A DNA stretch of 64,000 nucleotides from Candidatus Poribacteria bacterium (lineage in GTDB: Bacteria; Poribacteria; WGA-4E; PCPOR2b). The stretch is from assembly GCA_965208325.1 (NCBI GenBank), contig OZ242326.1:1600001-1664000 (forward strand), read 5' to 3'. Shown one piece after another: positions 9,550 to 20,459 of this stretch (positions within the stretch are counted from its first letter, which is position 1; each line of letters begins with the position of its first letter). The notes beneath the pieces were generated by a model. It saw only the letters and a list, made by a program, of their open reading frames with translations, was not told the origin of the DNA and searched no databases. The translations under genes were made by a program, and so were the position numbers.

Positions 9550-12405
9550 TTACGGTTTCGCGCCGAGTTGCCGTAAACGCTCTTCTGCGTCTTCTTTCCA
9601 TTGGGTAGGGGGATTTAACTTGAGAAATTTCTTCCATCGATCAATGGCTTGTTGCTTTTTGCCGTTGTATTCATACATCAACGCGAGATTGTAGTTAGCA
9701 CTGATGTCTTTGGGGGTTAACTGCAGCACGCGCTCAAACTGCTCCGCCGCGGAACCGAGTTGATTCAGATAATAGAGGGTATTCCCGTAGTTAAGAAGCG
9801 TCTCCGCATGGTCAGGCTCTAGCTCGAGTGCCTTCTCTAGAGTTTCTTTGGCGCGCCCCATATTCAGCCCAAACATACCGTAGAGATCGCCGAGACGTTG
9901 ATAGGAACGAACTGATTTCGGATTGACAGTGACCTCTGCCTCGTAATGTTGGATGGCTTCTTTAAATTTTTGTCCTTTCTCGGCAATCGATCCAAGCTGA
10001 AAGGATACGTCTTTATATGCCGGCTCGAGTTCGCGGGTTATTTGGAACACCTCTTTGGCTTTTTCAAATTGATCGAGGTCGAGGTAGGTCATACCGAGAA
10101 AGTAGTGGGCATCGACATGCTTCGGTTCGAGAGCGATGACCTTTTTGAAATCTTCCGCAATCTGGCTGCTGCGGTAAAGCGCGTCGCCAATCTGTTTGTA
10201 ATTGCGGGTAAGCACGCCGCGATGAAAGTAGGCGGGTGCATAATCTGATTTGAGTTCAATCGTTTTGCCGTACTCTTCAACCGCCATCGCGGCGTATTTG
10301 TCATAGTCCTCCAGCGTCCGGGCGTGGCGATCCAGCAGGCGGGCATAACGAAAATGCCAATCATATCGGCTGTCGCCGTGTTGGTTGGCAAGCCCAAAGT
10401 GCACGATTGCCTTTTCAACTTCCGAACGCTCTTCATAGATTGCGCCGAGATCGTATTGCGCCTGCGGATGGTTGGGTTCAATCGCCAATCCCAATTCATA
10501 GACGCGGACGACGTTATCCATTTCACCCCGTTGATGATAGATTGCCCCTAGCCGCATGAAAGTTTCGGCTCTGGATTCATCAAGCAAGATTGTTTTTTCG
10601 TACCGAGCGACAGCGTTGTCAATGTCGCCCATTTGCTCATACAACATGCCTGCCTGAAACTGTGCGCCAACGTGGTTCGAATCTAGGTGCACCGCCTGTA
10701 GGAATGCGTCGAGGGCGTCAGTAGGGCGATTCAACTGGATGTGCGACAAGCCCGAAATATAGTGCGCCTCGACGTTCGCCGAATCGATAGCAATTAGCTG
10801 CCGAAGCGGTTCGATCGCGCTTTGCGGGTCGTTCCGTTTCACGTAAATTTTCGCGGTTCGCATTAAGGCATCCTGATAATGCGGATCCAGTTGGATTACT
10901 TGGCCGTAACGATGAAGCGCTTTGTCCAGAAATTCTCCCGCCTCGTAGCTGCGCCCAAGAATGTAGGCGGCTTCGATGTGTTCCGGATATATGAGGAGGA
11001 ATTTGTTGAGCGGTTCGATAGCCTGATGATACCGTTCCTTGTCGTAAGCGGCTTTGCCCCGGTCGAAAAAATGCTGTTCCCGTTCCGGCGCTAATTCTAT
11101 TGCGCGTCGATATACCGCTGCCGCACGCTCATTGTTGCCGTGTTGATAGTAGAGATTTCCCAATGACTCATAGGCGTCGCGAAAATCGCCCCCCGGTAAT
11201 TTTGTCTTCAAGTGTGTTTGATCCGCCTCAATGAGTTCCACCGTTTTTTCGTAATGCCGGATAGCCGCCGACGGATTTCCAGCGTCAACTTCCATTTGGG
11301 CGTAATAGAAATATCCGCGCGGATCGGCTGGATTCAGCGCCACCGCTCTATCTAGCAGCGATTTCGCCGCATCGATTCCAATTTGATTTGTGTGATATTG
11401 CGCAAATTGCTGAATGAAGTAATCTTTGATTGCAGCATCGGCATCGAACGCATATTTATAGTGTTTCAGGGCAAGGCCGCGCTGATTATTGTCGTAGTAG
11501 ATATCGCCAAGTTGAAGGTGAGCCAACACGTAGCCTGGGTCAATTTCAATTGCGCGCCGGTATAAGTCAATCGCACCGTCTGGTTTGCCTTTTTGCTCAA
11601 AAATCTCGCCTAGTTCATACAAGACCTCCGCTGTGTAGGCTTGGTGCTTGGCGGCGCTCTCGTAGGTCTTGAGCGCCTCCTCGAAGCGATTTTCACTGGC
11701 GAGCACCTGCCCGAGTTTGTAATATGCAGGCGCAAATTTCTTGTCTCGACGAATGGTACCCTCAAGCGCCGTTCGTGCGGCGTTCAACTCGCCTCGTTTG
11801 AGATAGACTGCCGCCAGCCCGTAGTGGGCATAAACCCAGTTGGGATTGATTCCCAACGCCATCTGAAAGGATTTGAACGCATCATCGAATTTGTCTAGCT
11901 GAAGTTGAATTTCTCCCTGTTTATAGTAAGCGGGATAAAATTCGGAGTTCAAGCGGAGGCAGGTTTCTATCTCTCGCAGCGCATCATCATACCGCCCTGT
12001 TTGTTGGTAGACGCCGCTCAGGCTATAGTGCGCCATGGGTAAATTCGCTTGCAGGGAAATGGCGCGTTGAAACTGCGATTCGGCTTTTTCTAGCGCCTCG
12101 TCACCGCCGCCAATCGCGTAAGCATAACCCAATCCATAATGCACATCGGCATCCGCGCCGCCAGCGGTGACATCTGACTCGTACAAGCTGATGAGGTCTG
12201 TGAGACGCCCCTTTTCCCGCCATTTGTTGACTAAGCCGCGATGACGCTCCAACTTCTTATGGGCAGCGTTGAGTATCTCGGCGTAGTCTTTCTCCAATGC
12301 TTCGCGCCATTTCTCCGCGTTATCTCCGTACGCCGATAAAATCCATACGTTTACCCAGACGGATATTGCGAATATGCATATCGAAGTGAAACTAGATTTA
12401 CTCAT
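9550..12405 (-). CDS. Large secreted tetratricopeptide repeat protein
   Basis: Hydrophobic N-terminus followed by many 34-aa AHY.LG..Y...G....A...Y..A....P repeats. Confidence 0.9.
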   Translation of the reverse strand: MSKSSFTSICIFAISVWVNVWILSAYGDNAEKWREALEKDYAEILNAAHKKLERHRGLVNKWREKGRLTDLISLYESDVTAGGADADVHYGLGYAYAIGGGDEALEKAESQFQRAISLQANLPMAHYSLSGVYQQTGRYDDALREIETCLRLNSEFYPAYYKQGEIQLQLDKFDDAFKSFQMALGINPNWVYAHYGLAAVYLKRGELNAARTALEGTIRRDKKFAPAYYKLGQVLASENRFEEALKTYESAAKHQAYTAEVLYELGEIFEQKGKPDGAIDLYRRAIEIDPGYVLAHLQLGDIYYDNNQRGLALKHYKYAFDADAAIKDYFIQQFAQYHTNQIGIDAAKSLLDRAVALNPADPRGYFYYAQMEVDAGNPSAAIRHYEKTVELIEADQTHLKTKLPGGDFRDAYESLGNLYYQHGNNERAAAVYRRAIELAPEREQHFFDRGKAAYDKERYHQAIEPLNKFLLIYPEHIEAAYILGRSYEAGEFLDKALHRYGQVIQLDPHYQDALMRTAKIYVKRNDPQSAIEPLRQLIAIDSANVEAHYISGLSHIQLNRPTDALDAFLQAVHLDSNHVGAQFQAGMLYEQMGDIDNAVARYEKTILLDESRAETFMRLGAIYHQRGEMDNVVRVYELGLAIEPNHPQAQYDLGAIYEERSEVEKAIVHFGLANQHGDSRYDWHFRYARLLDRHARTLEDYDKYAAMAVEEYGKTIELKSDYAPAYFHRGVLTRNYKQIGDALYRSSQIAEDFKKVIALEPKHVDAHYFLGMTYLDLDQFEKAKEVFQITRELEPAYKDVSFQLGSIAEKGQKFKEAIQHYEAEVTVNPKSVRSYQRLGDLYGMFGLNMGRAKETLEKALELEPDHAETLLNYGNTLYYLNQLGSAAEQFERVLQLTPKDISANYNLALMYEYNGKKQQAIDRWKKFLKLNPPTQWKEDAEERLRQLGAKP

Positions 12406-12685
12406 ACCCCGCGCCTTCCTTATTGCGCGCTTTACACTGCGAAGTCCTTTTACATTGTGTATAAAGATACCATATTTGATTGGGGTTTGCCATGTTTGTT
12501 ATGCCGCCACTATACTGTTTTAGTGTAAGAACCAACCTGCTTGTATTAGTCTCCTCGGTAAAAGAGGTGCATCTTCCTCTTGACAGATTCAAGGGATAAA
12601 GTGTATCCTTGATTTAGATTTTCTTTGTACCGCTTTAAGTCAAAAACCACGGTTATTACCGGACGTTTACGAGGGGACATCATTT

Positions 12686-13663
12686 ATGAATTATTCGAAT
12701 AATTTGAGATTCTTGCGAATACTAATGGTGATTGCCGGAATACTCTTTGCGGCGAAGAGCGCACCAGCCGAAAAACGTCAATTTCTCAGTGTTGGGACTG
12801 CGCCGCCCGGTGGGGCGTTTTTCGTCGTGGGCAGCGCGATCGCGCTAGTTGTCAGCGAGAATCAGGCTGACCGCGGATGGATAGTTTCCGCGGAAGCAAC
12901 GAAGGGCACACAGGAGAATATCCGACGCTTGAGCAAGGGTGAGTTGGAGTTTGCCCTGGCCAACGCAGCCATCTCCTACTTTGCCGTTCGCGGCGAAGGT
13001 GCATGGAAACAGAAACACGCCGTTCAAACTGTAATGACGCTTGCGCCGAACGTTGCGCTATTCATTACGCCAAAACGCTCCGGAGTAAAACGAATCGCTG
13101 ATTTGAAAGGGAAGCGCGTGGTTGTCGGACCGGCAGGTGCGGGATTCGAGTATTTTCTGAAGCCTATTTTGGCGGCTCACGGCGTGGCGTACGAAGATTT
13201 CACACCGCTCCATAACACGCAGTCGGGCGCCGTCGATATGCTCGCAGACGGTTCCGCTGCCGCCGCGTTTCTGGGCGGAGCTGTGCCTACGGCATCAATT
13301 CTGCAGGCGTGCGCTTCGCAGGATATCCACTTCATTCCTTATGAAGAGTCGGCGAAACAGCGGCTGTTTGAAGACTACCCGTTCTTTAACGCCGCCACGA
13401 TTCCTGCGGCGACATACCGGAACCAAAACGAACCGTTCAAGGGCGTGAATGTTGGCGCGATGCACCTGATCGCCAGCACATCTGTAGATGAAGAAACGGT
13501 TTACGAATTCACCAAAATCCTTTACGAACACCAAGCGGACGTTGCTGAAATTCATCCTGCGGGCAAAGCGATTAACCCCAAAAACGTCGTTAAGCACACC
13601 GGTACACCGTTCCACCCCGGCGCAATTCGTTACTACAAGGATATCGGGATATGGCCGGAGTAG
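12686..13663 (+). CDS. TAXI family TRAP transporter solute-binding subunit
   Basis: GTAPPGG, ATKGTQEN, DLKGKRV.VG..G.G, PFHPGA.RYY motifs. Confidence 0.92.
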   Translation: MNYSNNLRFLRILMVIAGILFAAKSAPAEKRQFLSVGTAPPGGAFFVVGSAIALVVSENQADRGWIVSAEATKGTQENIRRLSKGELEFALANAAISYFAVRGEGAWKQKHAVQTVMTLAPNVALFITPKRSGVKRIADLKGKRVVVGPAGAGFEYFLKPILAAHGVAYEDFTPLHNTQSGAVDMLADGSAAAAFLGGAVPTASILQACASQDIHFIPYEESAKQRLFEDYPFFNAATIPAATYRNQNEPFKGVNVGAMHLIASTSVDEETVYEFTKILYEHQADVAEIHPAGKAINPKNVVKHTGTPFHPGAIRYYKDIGIWPE

Positions 13664-13725
13664 CATTATTCCGATATCAGCCCTAGCCGCATTAGACCGC
13701 ATAATAAAGTTACGTTCGTGAATAG

Positions 13726-15696
13726 ATGAACTTCCTCCAACCAATCCGCAACACTCTTTTCCCAATCCTCGCCGTGCTTCTCAGTCTGTTTATCTTGATT
13801 GAGGTCAATTTTCCTCACCTGTTACCGCAATCTCAGTTGGCAATCTTTGGGATGTTGGGATTAATCTTGGTCTTTCTAAAATATCCCCTGCACCGCAGAT
13901 TTGAAGGCCGGGCTGCGTTTCAGATTCTCGATTACATTTTTGTTATCGCCACCGTGGTCAGCTTCGGTTATATTCTGGTTCAGACCGAACCCATGTTTGA
14001 ACGGCTTTGGATTGACGACCAGCCGCTTGGGCAACGCGCAGGCTCGGAACGATTTGGAGATTACTTCATCGGGTTGATTGGCGTCCTATTGGTTTTGGAG
14101 GTGACACGGCGCGCTATCGGCCTGGCTTTGCCGATTCTTTCATTGATTTTTTTACTTTATGCGGGTTTTCGGTCGTCCATGCCCATTTGGCTATTTCCTC
14201 ACAAGGATCAGTCTTTAGAACGCATCATTAGCCACACTTTTTTGCAAAGCCAGGGTGTTTTTGGCATCGCCCTGAATGTCATGTTTAAGTATGTATTTCT
14301 CTTCGTTCTGTTCGGGACATTATTGGAAAAAACCGGGGCAACTGGATATATCATTGGCTTTGCTAAGCGTCTTTTTCGCTCAAGCTCGGGGGGCGCCGCC
14401 AAGATTGCGGTCCTCAGCAGTGGAATGATGGGGTCCCTGTCCGGCAGTGCCGTCGCCAATACAGCTACCACCGGCACCTTCACTATCCCGTTGATGAGAA
14501 GCGTCGGTTTCAAACCTGATATCGCGGGCGGCGTAGAAGCGGCTGCCAGTTCAGGCGGCGCATTGGTTCCGCCCATTATGGGTGCGGGAGCTTACATGAT
14601 GCTTGAGATTGTTCAACCGTCGGTTACCTATCTTGAAATCATCAAATCGGCGCTGATTCCTGCCGTTCTCTATTACACGGCGCTCTTGTTGATTGTTCAC
14701 TTTTACGCCGGACGTGCCAATTCAAGCACAGATGCCGGCACAACATCAGGAGCGAATGCCGAAGTTTCAGATTTGCCCGCGGGAGCGTCGGCACGCGCCG
14801 CACCGATTCAGGGGTTCATTTTTTTGAGCGCATTTGCCTCGCTCATAGTCTTTTTGATTATCGGGTACACGCCTTTCCGGTCAGTCAGCTTAAGTTTGCT
14901 CCTAGTTTTGGTTCTGAGTGCGTTTAATAAACAAACTCGGGTCGACATCAAGGGGATTGCTGCAGCTATGGAAAAGGCTGCCCATGGCGGCGTTTCGCTG
15001 GTTGCGGCGGCGTCGTGTGTGGGGCTGATCCTCGGCGTTGTGACGCTGACAGACATCGGCAGGAATCTGGCGGGCGTCCTTTTGCCGCTTGCCGAAAACA
15101 ACCTAATCCTCGCATTGATGCTTTTGATGGTCTCGACCATCATCCTGGGGATGGGGCTGCCTTCGTCGGTGTGTTATCTGCTGATGGCAACCTTGGTCGG
15201 TCCAATTCTGCGGGATTTGGGACTCGTACCGCTCGCCGCACATCTGTTCATCTTTTATTTCGGCATGATGTCCATGGTGACACCGCCGGTGGCGTTAGCA
15301 GCTTATACGGCGGCTGCAATCGCGGACGCGGGTATCATGAAAACGGCATTTGCCGCTTTCCGTTTCGCACTTGTGGGATTTGCCCTACCCTACGCGTTCG
15401 TTCTGCGTCCGGAATTGTTGCTCTTATCTCCAGATGGAGGCTCGGCGGGGTTCTTCGCTATCGCGGGCGGCGTCCTAATCACCGCTATTGGCATCGTTCC
15501 GTTGGCGGCGAGTGTTTCCGGCTATTGGTTCGGACCGCTTAATTTATGGCAGCGCGGCGTATTGCTTGGCGCCGCAATCACCTTCTTTTTTGCCCCCTCG
15601 GCGGGTACACAGATTTGGACGCAAGCGATGGCAATCATCGCCGTGGGGGCTGTCGGTAATATTAATCGGCGTGCCGCACTTTCGAGAGGTGTTTAA
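13726..15696 (+). CDS. TRAP transporter fused 4TM/12TM permease
   Basis: SGSAVAN..TTG.FTIPLM, EAAASSGG..VPPIMGA, HLFIFYFG...VTPPVALA motifs. Confidence 0.92.
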   Translation: MNFLQPIRNTLFPILAVLLSLFILIEVNFPHLLPQSQLAIFGMLGLILVFLKYPLHRRFEGRAAFQILDYIFVIATVVSFGYILVQTEPMFERLWIDDQPLGQRAGSERFGDYFIGLIGVLLVLEVTRRAIGLALPILSLIFLLYAGFRSSMPIWLFPHKDQSLERIISHTFLQSQGVFGIALNVMFKYVFLFVLFGTLLEKTGATGYIIGFAKRLFRSSSGGAAKIAVLSSGMMGSLSGSAVANTATTGTFTIPLMRSVGFKPDIAGGVEAAASSGGALVPPIMGAGAYMMLEIVQPSVTYLEIIKSALIPAVLYYTALLLIVHFYAGRANSSTDAGTTSGANAEVSDLPAGASARAAPIQGFIFLSAFASLIVFLIIGYTPFRSVSLSLLLVLVLSAFNKQTRVDIKGIAAAMEKAAHGGVSLVAAASCVGLILGVVTLTDIGRNLAGVLLPLAENNLILALMLLMVSTIILGMGLPSSVCYLLMATLVGPILRDLGLVPLAAHLFIFYFGMMSMVTPPVALAAYTAAAIADAGIMKTAFAAFRFALVGFALPYAFVLRPELLLLSPDGGSAGFFAIAGGVLITAIGIVPLAASVSGYWFGPLNLWQRGVLLGAAITFFFAPSAGTQIWTQAMAIIAVGAVGNINRRAALSRGV

Positions 15697-15775
15697 TGAT
15701 TCGGAGTGGTAACTTCACTCAGCAGAAATCCAATCACACGCGTCGATACCTGATAATCGGTGTTCAACCGCCACT

Positions 15776-17068
15776 ATGAAAATTGCTTATATTGCTGCTG
15801 GTGCTGCAGGTATGTATTGCGGCACCTGCATCCATGATAATACGCTTGCCGCAGCTTTGCAAGAGAAGGGGCACGAGGTTGCCCTCATTCCTACCTATAC
15901 TCCAATTCGGACCGATGAGGTCGATGTCAGCATAGATCGCATCTTTTTCGGCGGGATCAATGTGTATCTTCAACAGAAGTTAGCGCTATTCCGCCATACC
16001 CCTTGGTTGTTCGATCGATTATTCGATGCGCCTACACTGTTGAACGGGTTATCTCGTTTTAGCGCCTCGACCAATGCTAAGGATTTGGGTGAACTCACCG
16101 TGTCTGTGCTTCAGGGAGAGGATGGGCGGCAGAAAAAGGAACTGGCGAAACTCGTCAAATGGCTGCAGGATTCCTATCGGCCGGATATTGTCCAGCTTAC
16201 CAATTCAATGTTTGTGGGGTTTGCTAAGGAGATAAAGAGGGAGATGGATGTACCTGTCGTTTGCGCATTTCAAGGGGAGGATATTTTTCTGGAAGCACTT
16301 ATCGAACCGTACAAATCTCATGCGCTAGATTTGCTTCGGGCGCGGGCGTCTGACGTCGATGCGTTCATTGCGCCCTGCCGATACTATGCCGAATTTATGG
16401 CAAGATTTCTGGACATCCCTATCGAGCGGATAAACGTCGTGAAGTTGGGATTGAACCTTGATGGGCACGGCGTGAATCAAGGGGAGCCAATCGGCGATAC
16501 GCCTTTTGTTATCGGTTACTTAGCCCGTATTTGCCCGGAAAAAGGGTTGCATCTGCTAGTGGATGCCTTTCACCAGCTCACACAGCAAGTGGGCGCGAAC
16601 CAGATTCGGCTGAAGGCCGCCGGTTACCTGAACAAGAGAGATGAGGCTTATTTTAAAGAGATTGTTAAGCAAATTGAAGTGTGGGGATTGACCGATTCAT
16701 TCGAATATTGGGGCGAGATTGACCGCACACAAAAGATTCAGTTTCTCAACGGCCTTCACGTATTGTCTGTACCGACAACCTACAGGGAATCTAAAGGGCT
16801 TTACGTCTTGGAAGCACTCGCCAACGGCGTCCCGGTCGTTCAGCCGCGGCACGGCGCCTTCCCCGAATTGATAGCGGAGACCGGCGGCGGCATACTGGTG
16901 GACGCCCATTCTCCTGACGCAATCGCTACTGGTATTCATCAATTGATGACAAACAAAACCCATCGGCGTGAATTGGGATCCGCGGGAAAAGAAACTGTAC
17001 ATAGAGCGTACAGCGATGATGCTATGGCAAATGCAATTCTAGAGGTATATAGCGTCATCCTGCGGTAA
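15776..17068 (+). CDS. Glycosyltransferase family 4
   Basis: ARICPEKG and ESKGLYVLEALANGVPVV (GT-B ExxxxxxxE) motifs. Confidence 0.9.
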   Translation: MKIAYIAAGAAGMYCGTCIHDNTLAAALQEKGHEVALIPTYTPIRTDEVDVSIDRIFFGGINVYLQQKLALFRHTPWLFDRLFDAPTLLNGLSRFSASTNAKDLGELTVSVLQGEDGRQKKELAKLVKWLQDSYRPDIVQLTNSMFVGFAKEIKREMDVPVVCAFQGEDIFLEALIEPYKSHALDLLRARASDVDAFIAPCRYYAEFMARFLDIPIERINVVKLGLNLDGHGVNQGEPIGDTPFVIGYLARICPEKGLHLLVDAFHQLTQQVGANQIRLKAAGYLNKRDEAYFKEIVKQIEVWGLTDSFEYWGEIDRTQKIQFLNGLHVLSVPTTYRESKGLYVLEALANGVPVVQPRHGAFPELIAETGGGILVDAHSPDAIATGIHQLMTNKTHRRELGSAGKETVHRAYSDDAMANAILEVYSVILR

Positions 17069-17225
17069 CTCAACTGTGACGAGGAAGGTGGAAGCGTTCA
17101 GGGTAATGAGACAGGGAATAGAAGTTGGATGCACGTAAATTGGAGGATTGGTGAAACCTTAGAAATAACGTGAGACGCTTGACACCTTCTCATGCCACTC
17201 TTCCATTTTCTTTCGCCGTTTATCA

Positions 17226-18536
17226 TCAATTTTTACGTTTTTCCCGCATTGCCGCTTGTGCGATTGCGTGAAAGACTTCATCAATCTCTGATATTTCGAT
17301 ACAAGAAAACGCTACGCGCAGATCCGATTCCCCAATCGAAATTACACCGATGCCGTAGTCGTCGAGAAGTCGTTGGCGCACAGTCTCCGCTTTCGCAAAC
17401 TTCAGGCGTAAACACATGAAATATCCTGCGTTGAATGGATAAACATCCCAAAGATGTGCGTACTGCTTGTGAGCAGCTACCGTTCTCACTCTCAAAGCTC
17501 GATTTTTCAATATCTCATACTTCTGATTTTTCTCAAGAGTGTATTGCGGAGAATCCATCGCTTCCAAAATCAGAGTTTGAGAGAGTTGAGATGCCCCTGA
17601 CGTATTTGCACGAATCAACGCGGTCACTTTTTCCTCCAGCCATTTCATCAACTCCCCATCCAGACCAAATGTAAGAAACCCTATCCGCAGCCCCCATGCA
17701 TACTCCTCTTTGGTTGCGCCGTCAATTTTGACCGGTAGGACGTTCGGATGGGTATCCACCAGCCAGCCGAAGATCGACTCCCGCAGGGCGCTGTCATCGT
17801 ACCATAGTCCAAAGTAGGCATCATCGACAACCACAAGTAAGCGGCAGCCCGATGCTGCAACTTGATTAATGGCTTGTGTCATCTCTGCGGCTTCTTCCGC
17901 CGTAATTGCGTAGCCGGTGGGATTGTGCGGGAAGTTTAGAAGCACAATTAGCTTGTCGGTAGTTCGGCTAATTTCAAAAAGCGCGTCGCGAAAACCTGTC
18001 GTGTTAAATTGTCTAACCGTATTATAGAAGGGATAGGTCTGAATGTTTGCCCTGCACTTCGTTTGGAAAATCAGCCGGTAATTTCCCCAGATTTTGTCCG
18101 GCATAACAAGTGTATCATCCGAATTAACGAAGAGATCGCCAATTAAACTGAAACCGTGCGTCAGTCCACACGTAACAATGGGTAGACTAAACCCCTTGCC
18201 CTTGAGCGATGGGTTCTCAACTTCCAATCTGGCTTTCCATCGCAACCGCAACCCCATTTGCCCAAGCGCCGGTGCATACCCGTAGACGCGGCTCGGATCG
18301 ATTTCCGGTACAAATTGATGTGAACTCGGGAGATGCATAACCTCCCCGTTTTCAAGCGCGATCGCCCGCGACGCATTGAATCGGTTTGCGCGTTGGGCTG
18401 CTTCAGCACTCTGGCTCAAAATACCCTTCGGAAGGTAAATTCGCGTTCCGAGTGATGAGAGCAAATCAGCGGCAATTGGGGTCGCCAATCGAATTTTTTC
18501 ATTCAGTTCAACAGCAAAACGGGTTAACGTTTCCAT
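17226..18536 (-). CDS. PLP-dependent aminotransferase class I/II
   Basis: NFPHNPTGY, DDAYFGL, DGATKEEYAWGLRIG motifs. Confidence 0.9.
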   Translation of the reverse strand: METLTRFAVELNEKIRLATPIAADLLSSLGTRIYLPKGILSQSAEAAQRANRFNASRAIALENGEVMHLPSSHQFVPEIDPSRVYGYAPALGQMGLRLRWKARLEVENPSLKGKGFSLPIVTCGLTHGFSLIGDLFVNSDDTLVMPDKIWGNYRLIFQTKCRANIQTYPFYNTVRQFNTTGFRDALFEISRTTDKLIVLLNFPHNPTGYAITAEEAAEMTQAINQVAASGCRLLVVVDDAYFGLWYDDSALRESIFGWLVDTHPNVLPVKIDGATKEEYAWGLRIGFLTFGLDGELMKWLEEKVTALIRANTSGASQLSQTLILEAMDSPQYTLEKNQKYEILKNRALRVRTVAAHKQYAHLWDVYPFNAGYFMCLRLKFAKAETVRQRLLDDYGIGVISIGESDLRVAFSCIEISEIDEVFHAIAQAAMREKRKN

Positions 18537-18768
18537 CTTTATCTTTTCCGTGGGATTGTGTCGGCGGCTTTCTTGTATACACCTTCTTCTTGATAGTAAT
18601 TGAAACCGAATCATTTGTAAAGTGTAAATTGCCAATCGCAACAACCCATTAGAATTAAGGCATGATTAACTGCCCTAACTTTCACGCGATCCACAATAGA
18701 TGCGTACGGCGAGGTCATCAGCAACATGTGCGGAATACTATACATGCTGCAGGAGGTCTAAATCGGGA

Positions 18769-20331
18769 ATGACAGGCGGCGAATTGATTGTTAAATTGCT
18801 CGAATTGCACGGTATCCGCCACATCTTTGGCACGCCCAGCGACCAAGTCAAGACTATATGCGATGCCCTGCACAGTTGCCAAAAGATTGGGTATTACACA
18901 GCTCAAACCAGCCAAGCCGCGTCGTTTATGGCGGATGGGTACGCACGTGCAACGGGCAATGTCGGTGTGTGCATTACTCCCGGCGGTGGCTCGGCGGTTA
19001 ATACTGCCGTCAGCCTTGCGGCGGCTTATGCTGATAGCATTCCGTTATTGCTTATCACTGGACAAGTCCCGTCGCCGGGGTTGCCGTCTACGGGAACCAA
19101 AGAGAAACATAAGGGATACAATGAGCATGTCAATCTTTTCGACCTGTTCAAACCAATCGTCAAATGGAACGCAAGGATTGACAGCGCTGCTTCGCTCCCA
19201 TCAGCGACGGCTCGGGCGTTCAAAGCGTTGCAAACCGGGAGGCGTAGGCCTGTCCATCTGGAAATCCCTGTGGATTTACTGGCTAGCGAAATGAATGAAC
19301 CTGTTGCCTTAAAGGCGGCGCCTATTCGAAAAACGCCCGGTGGTTCACCCTCGCTGAACGCGTTTGCGGCTGAAATATTGGTACGTGCGAAATCGCCGCT
19401 TATTATTGCTGGCGGGGGAGTGGTGTCGGCAAAGGCAGAGGTAGAACTCATGCAAATTGCTGAACAGCTGAAAGCTCCTGTTTGTACAACTCCAATGAGC
19501 AAGGGGGTGGTTCCGCCAGGCCATTTACTGTCCGCGGGATTAACATTGCATGCTCCATCACCAGAAACGCATGAGAATCACCAGATTCTTCCACTGATCA
19601 AACGAGCAGATGTGGTTTTATCCGTTGGGTGCAGTTTGTCTCAACGAACAGCGGGGAATTGGAACACGCACAAGCTGCCAAATCTTATCCAGATTGATAT
19701 TGACGAAAAAGAGATTGGCCGGAACTACCCTGTCCGGATTGGTATTGTCGCCGACGCAAAAGAAGCGCTCGCTCAACTCGTCCAAGCCATTGACAACGGT
19801 GCGGGAACAGTTCAGAGCCATTGGCACGATTTCAGGCCTGAATTGAAGCCGCTTCCGAACCGAAACGGATTCAACCTGAAGGCGATGGAAATACTTCGAA
19901 ACGTATTGGATGAAAGTGCAATTATTTCGGTCGGTGGGACGCACTTAGTAGATTCTATGCTCATGAATTTCGAGGTTGCCCACGCTCGGTTGTTGTTGCA
20001 CACTTGTGATTTGCGGCCGATGGGATATGCACTCCCTGCGGCGATTGGCGCCAAGTGCGCACACCGTGACCGCCAAGTGGTTGCCGTGACAAATACTGAG
20101 GAATTCTCAATGACGGGACGAGAACTGATTGAGGCGAATCAATACGGGTTAGGGATTCCTGTGATCGTCATCAATAATCACGAATCCGGCGAAAAGCCTG
20201 AAAGCGTGAAGTTTGCCGAAATGTTCGGCGTACCCGGATTACTCGTACGCAATGACGACGAGTTTGCACCCGCGTTGAAAGAGGCGCTAATGTCAAGAGA
20301 ATGTGTCCTTATTGATGTGCAGCTTTCGTAG
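18769..20331 (+). CDS. Thiamine-diphosphate enzyme family (acetolactate synthase-like) protein with degenerate catalytic motifs
   Basis: FMADGYARATG, PVHLEIP, QIDID, MGYALPAAIGAK present; HEQ and GDG motifs absent. Confidence 0.85.
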   Translation: MTGGELIVKLLELHGIRHIFGTPSDQVKTICDALHSCQKIGYYTAQTSQAASFMADGYARATGNVGVCITPGGGSAVNTAVSLAAAYADSIPLLLITGQVPSPGLPSTGTKEKHKGYNEHVNLFDLFKPIVKWNARIDSAASLPSATARAFKALQTGRRRPVHLEIPVDLLASEMNEPVALKAAPIRKTPGGSPSLNAFAAEILVRAKSPLIIAGGGVVSAKAEVELMQIAEQLKAPVCTTPMSKGVVPPGHLLSAGLTLHAPSPETHENHQILPLIKRADVVLSVGCSLSQRTAGNWNTHKLPNLIQIDIDEKEIGRNYPVRIGIVADAKEALAQLVQAIDNGAGTVQSHWHDFRPELKPLPNRNGFNLKAMEILRNVLDESAIISVGGTHLVDSMLMNFEVAHARLLLHTCDLRPMGYALPAAIGAKCAHRDRQVVAVTNTEEFSMTGRELIEANQYGLGIPVIVINNHESGEKPESVKFAEMFGVPGLLVRNDDEFAPALKEALMSRECVLIDVQLS

Positions 20332-20389
20332 CGTATGATTCGTAAATATAACGTTCAACCAGAACGCGGCTCCCGTGCGTCCAATTCAA

Positions 20390-20418
20390 TTGACACACTT
20401 GGGGGTTTATGATAGAAT
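20390..20418 (+). promoter_or_regulatory. Sigma70-type promoter of the peroxiredoxin gene
   Basis: TTGACA-17 nt-TAGAAT with extended TG. Confidence 0.65.
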
Positions 20419-20459
20419 TTGAAACAGTTTTAAGGCTGCTGTAGAAAGGATTATATGGC

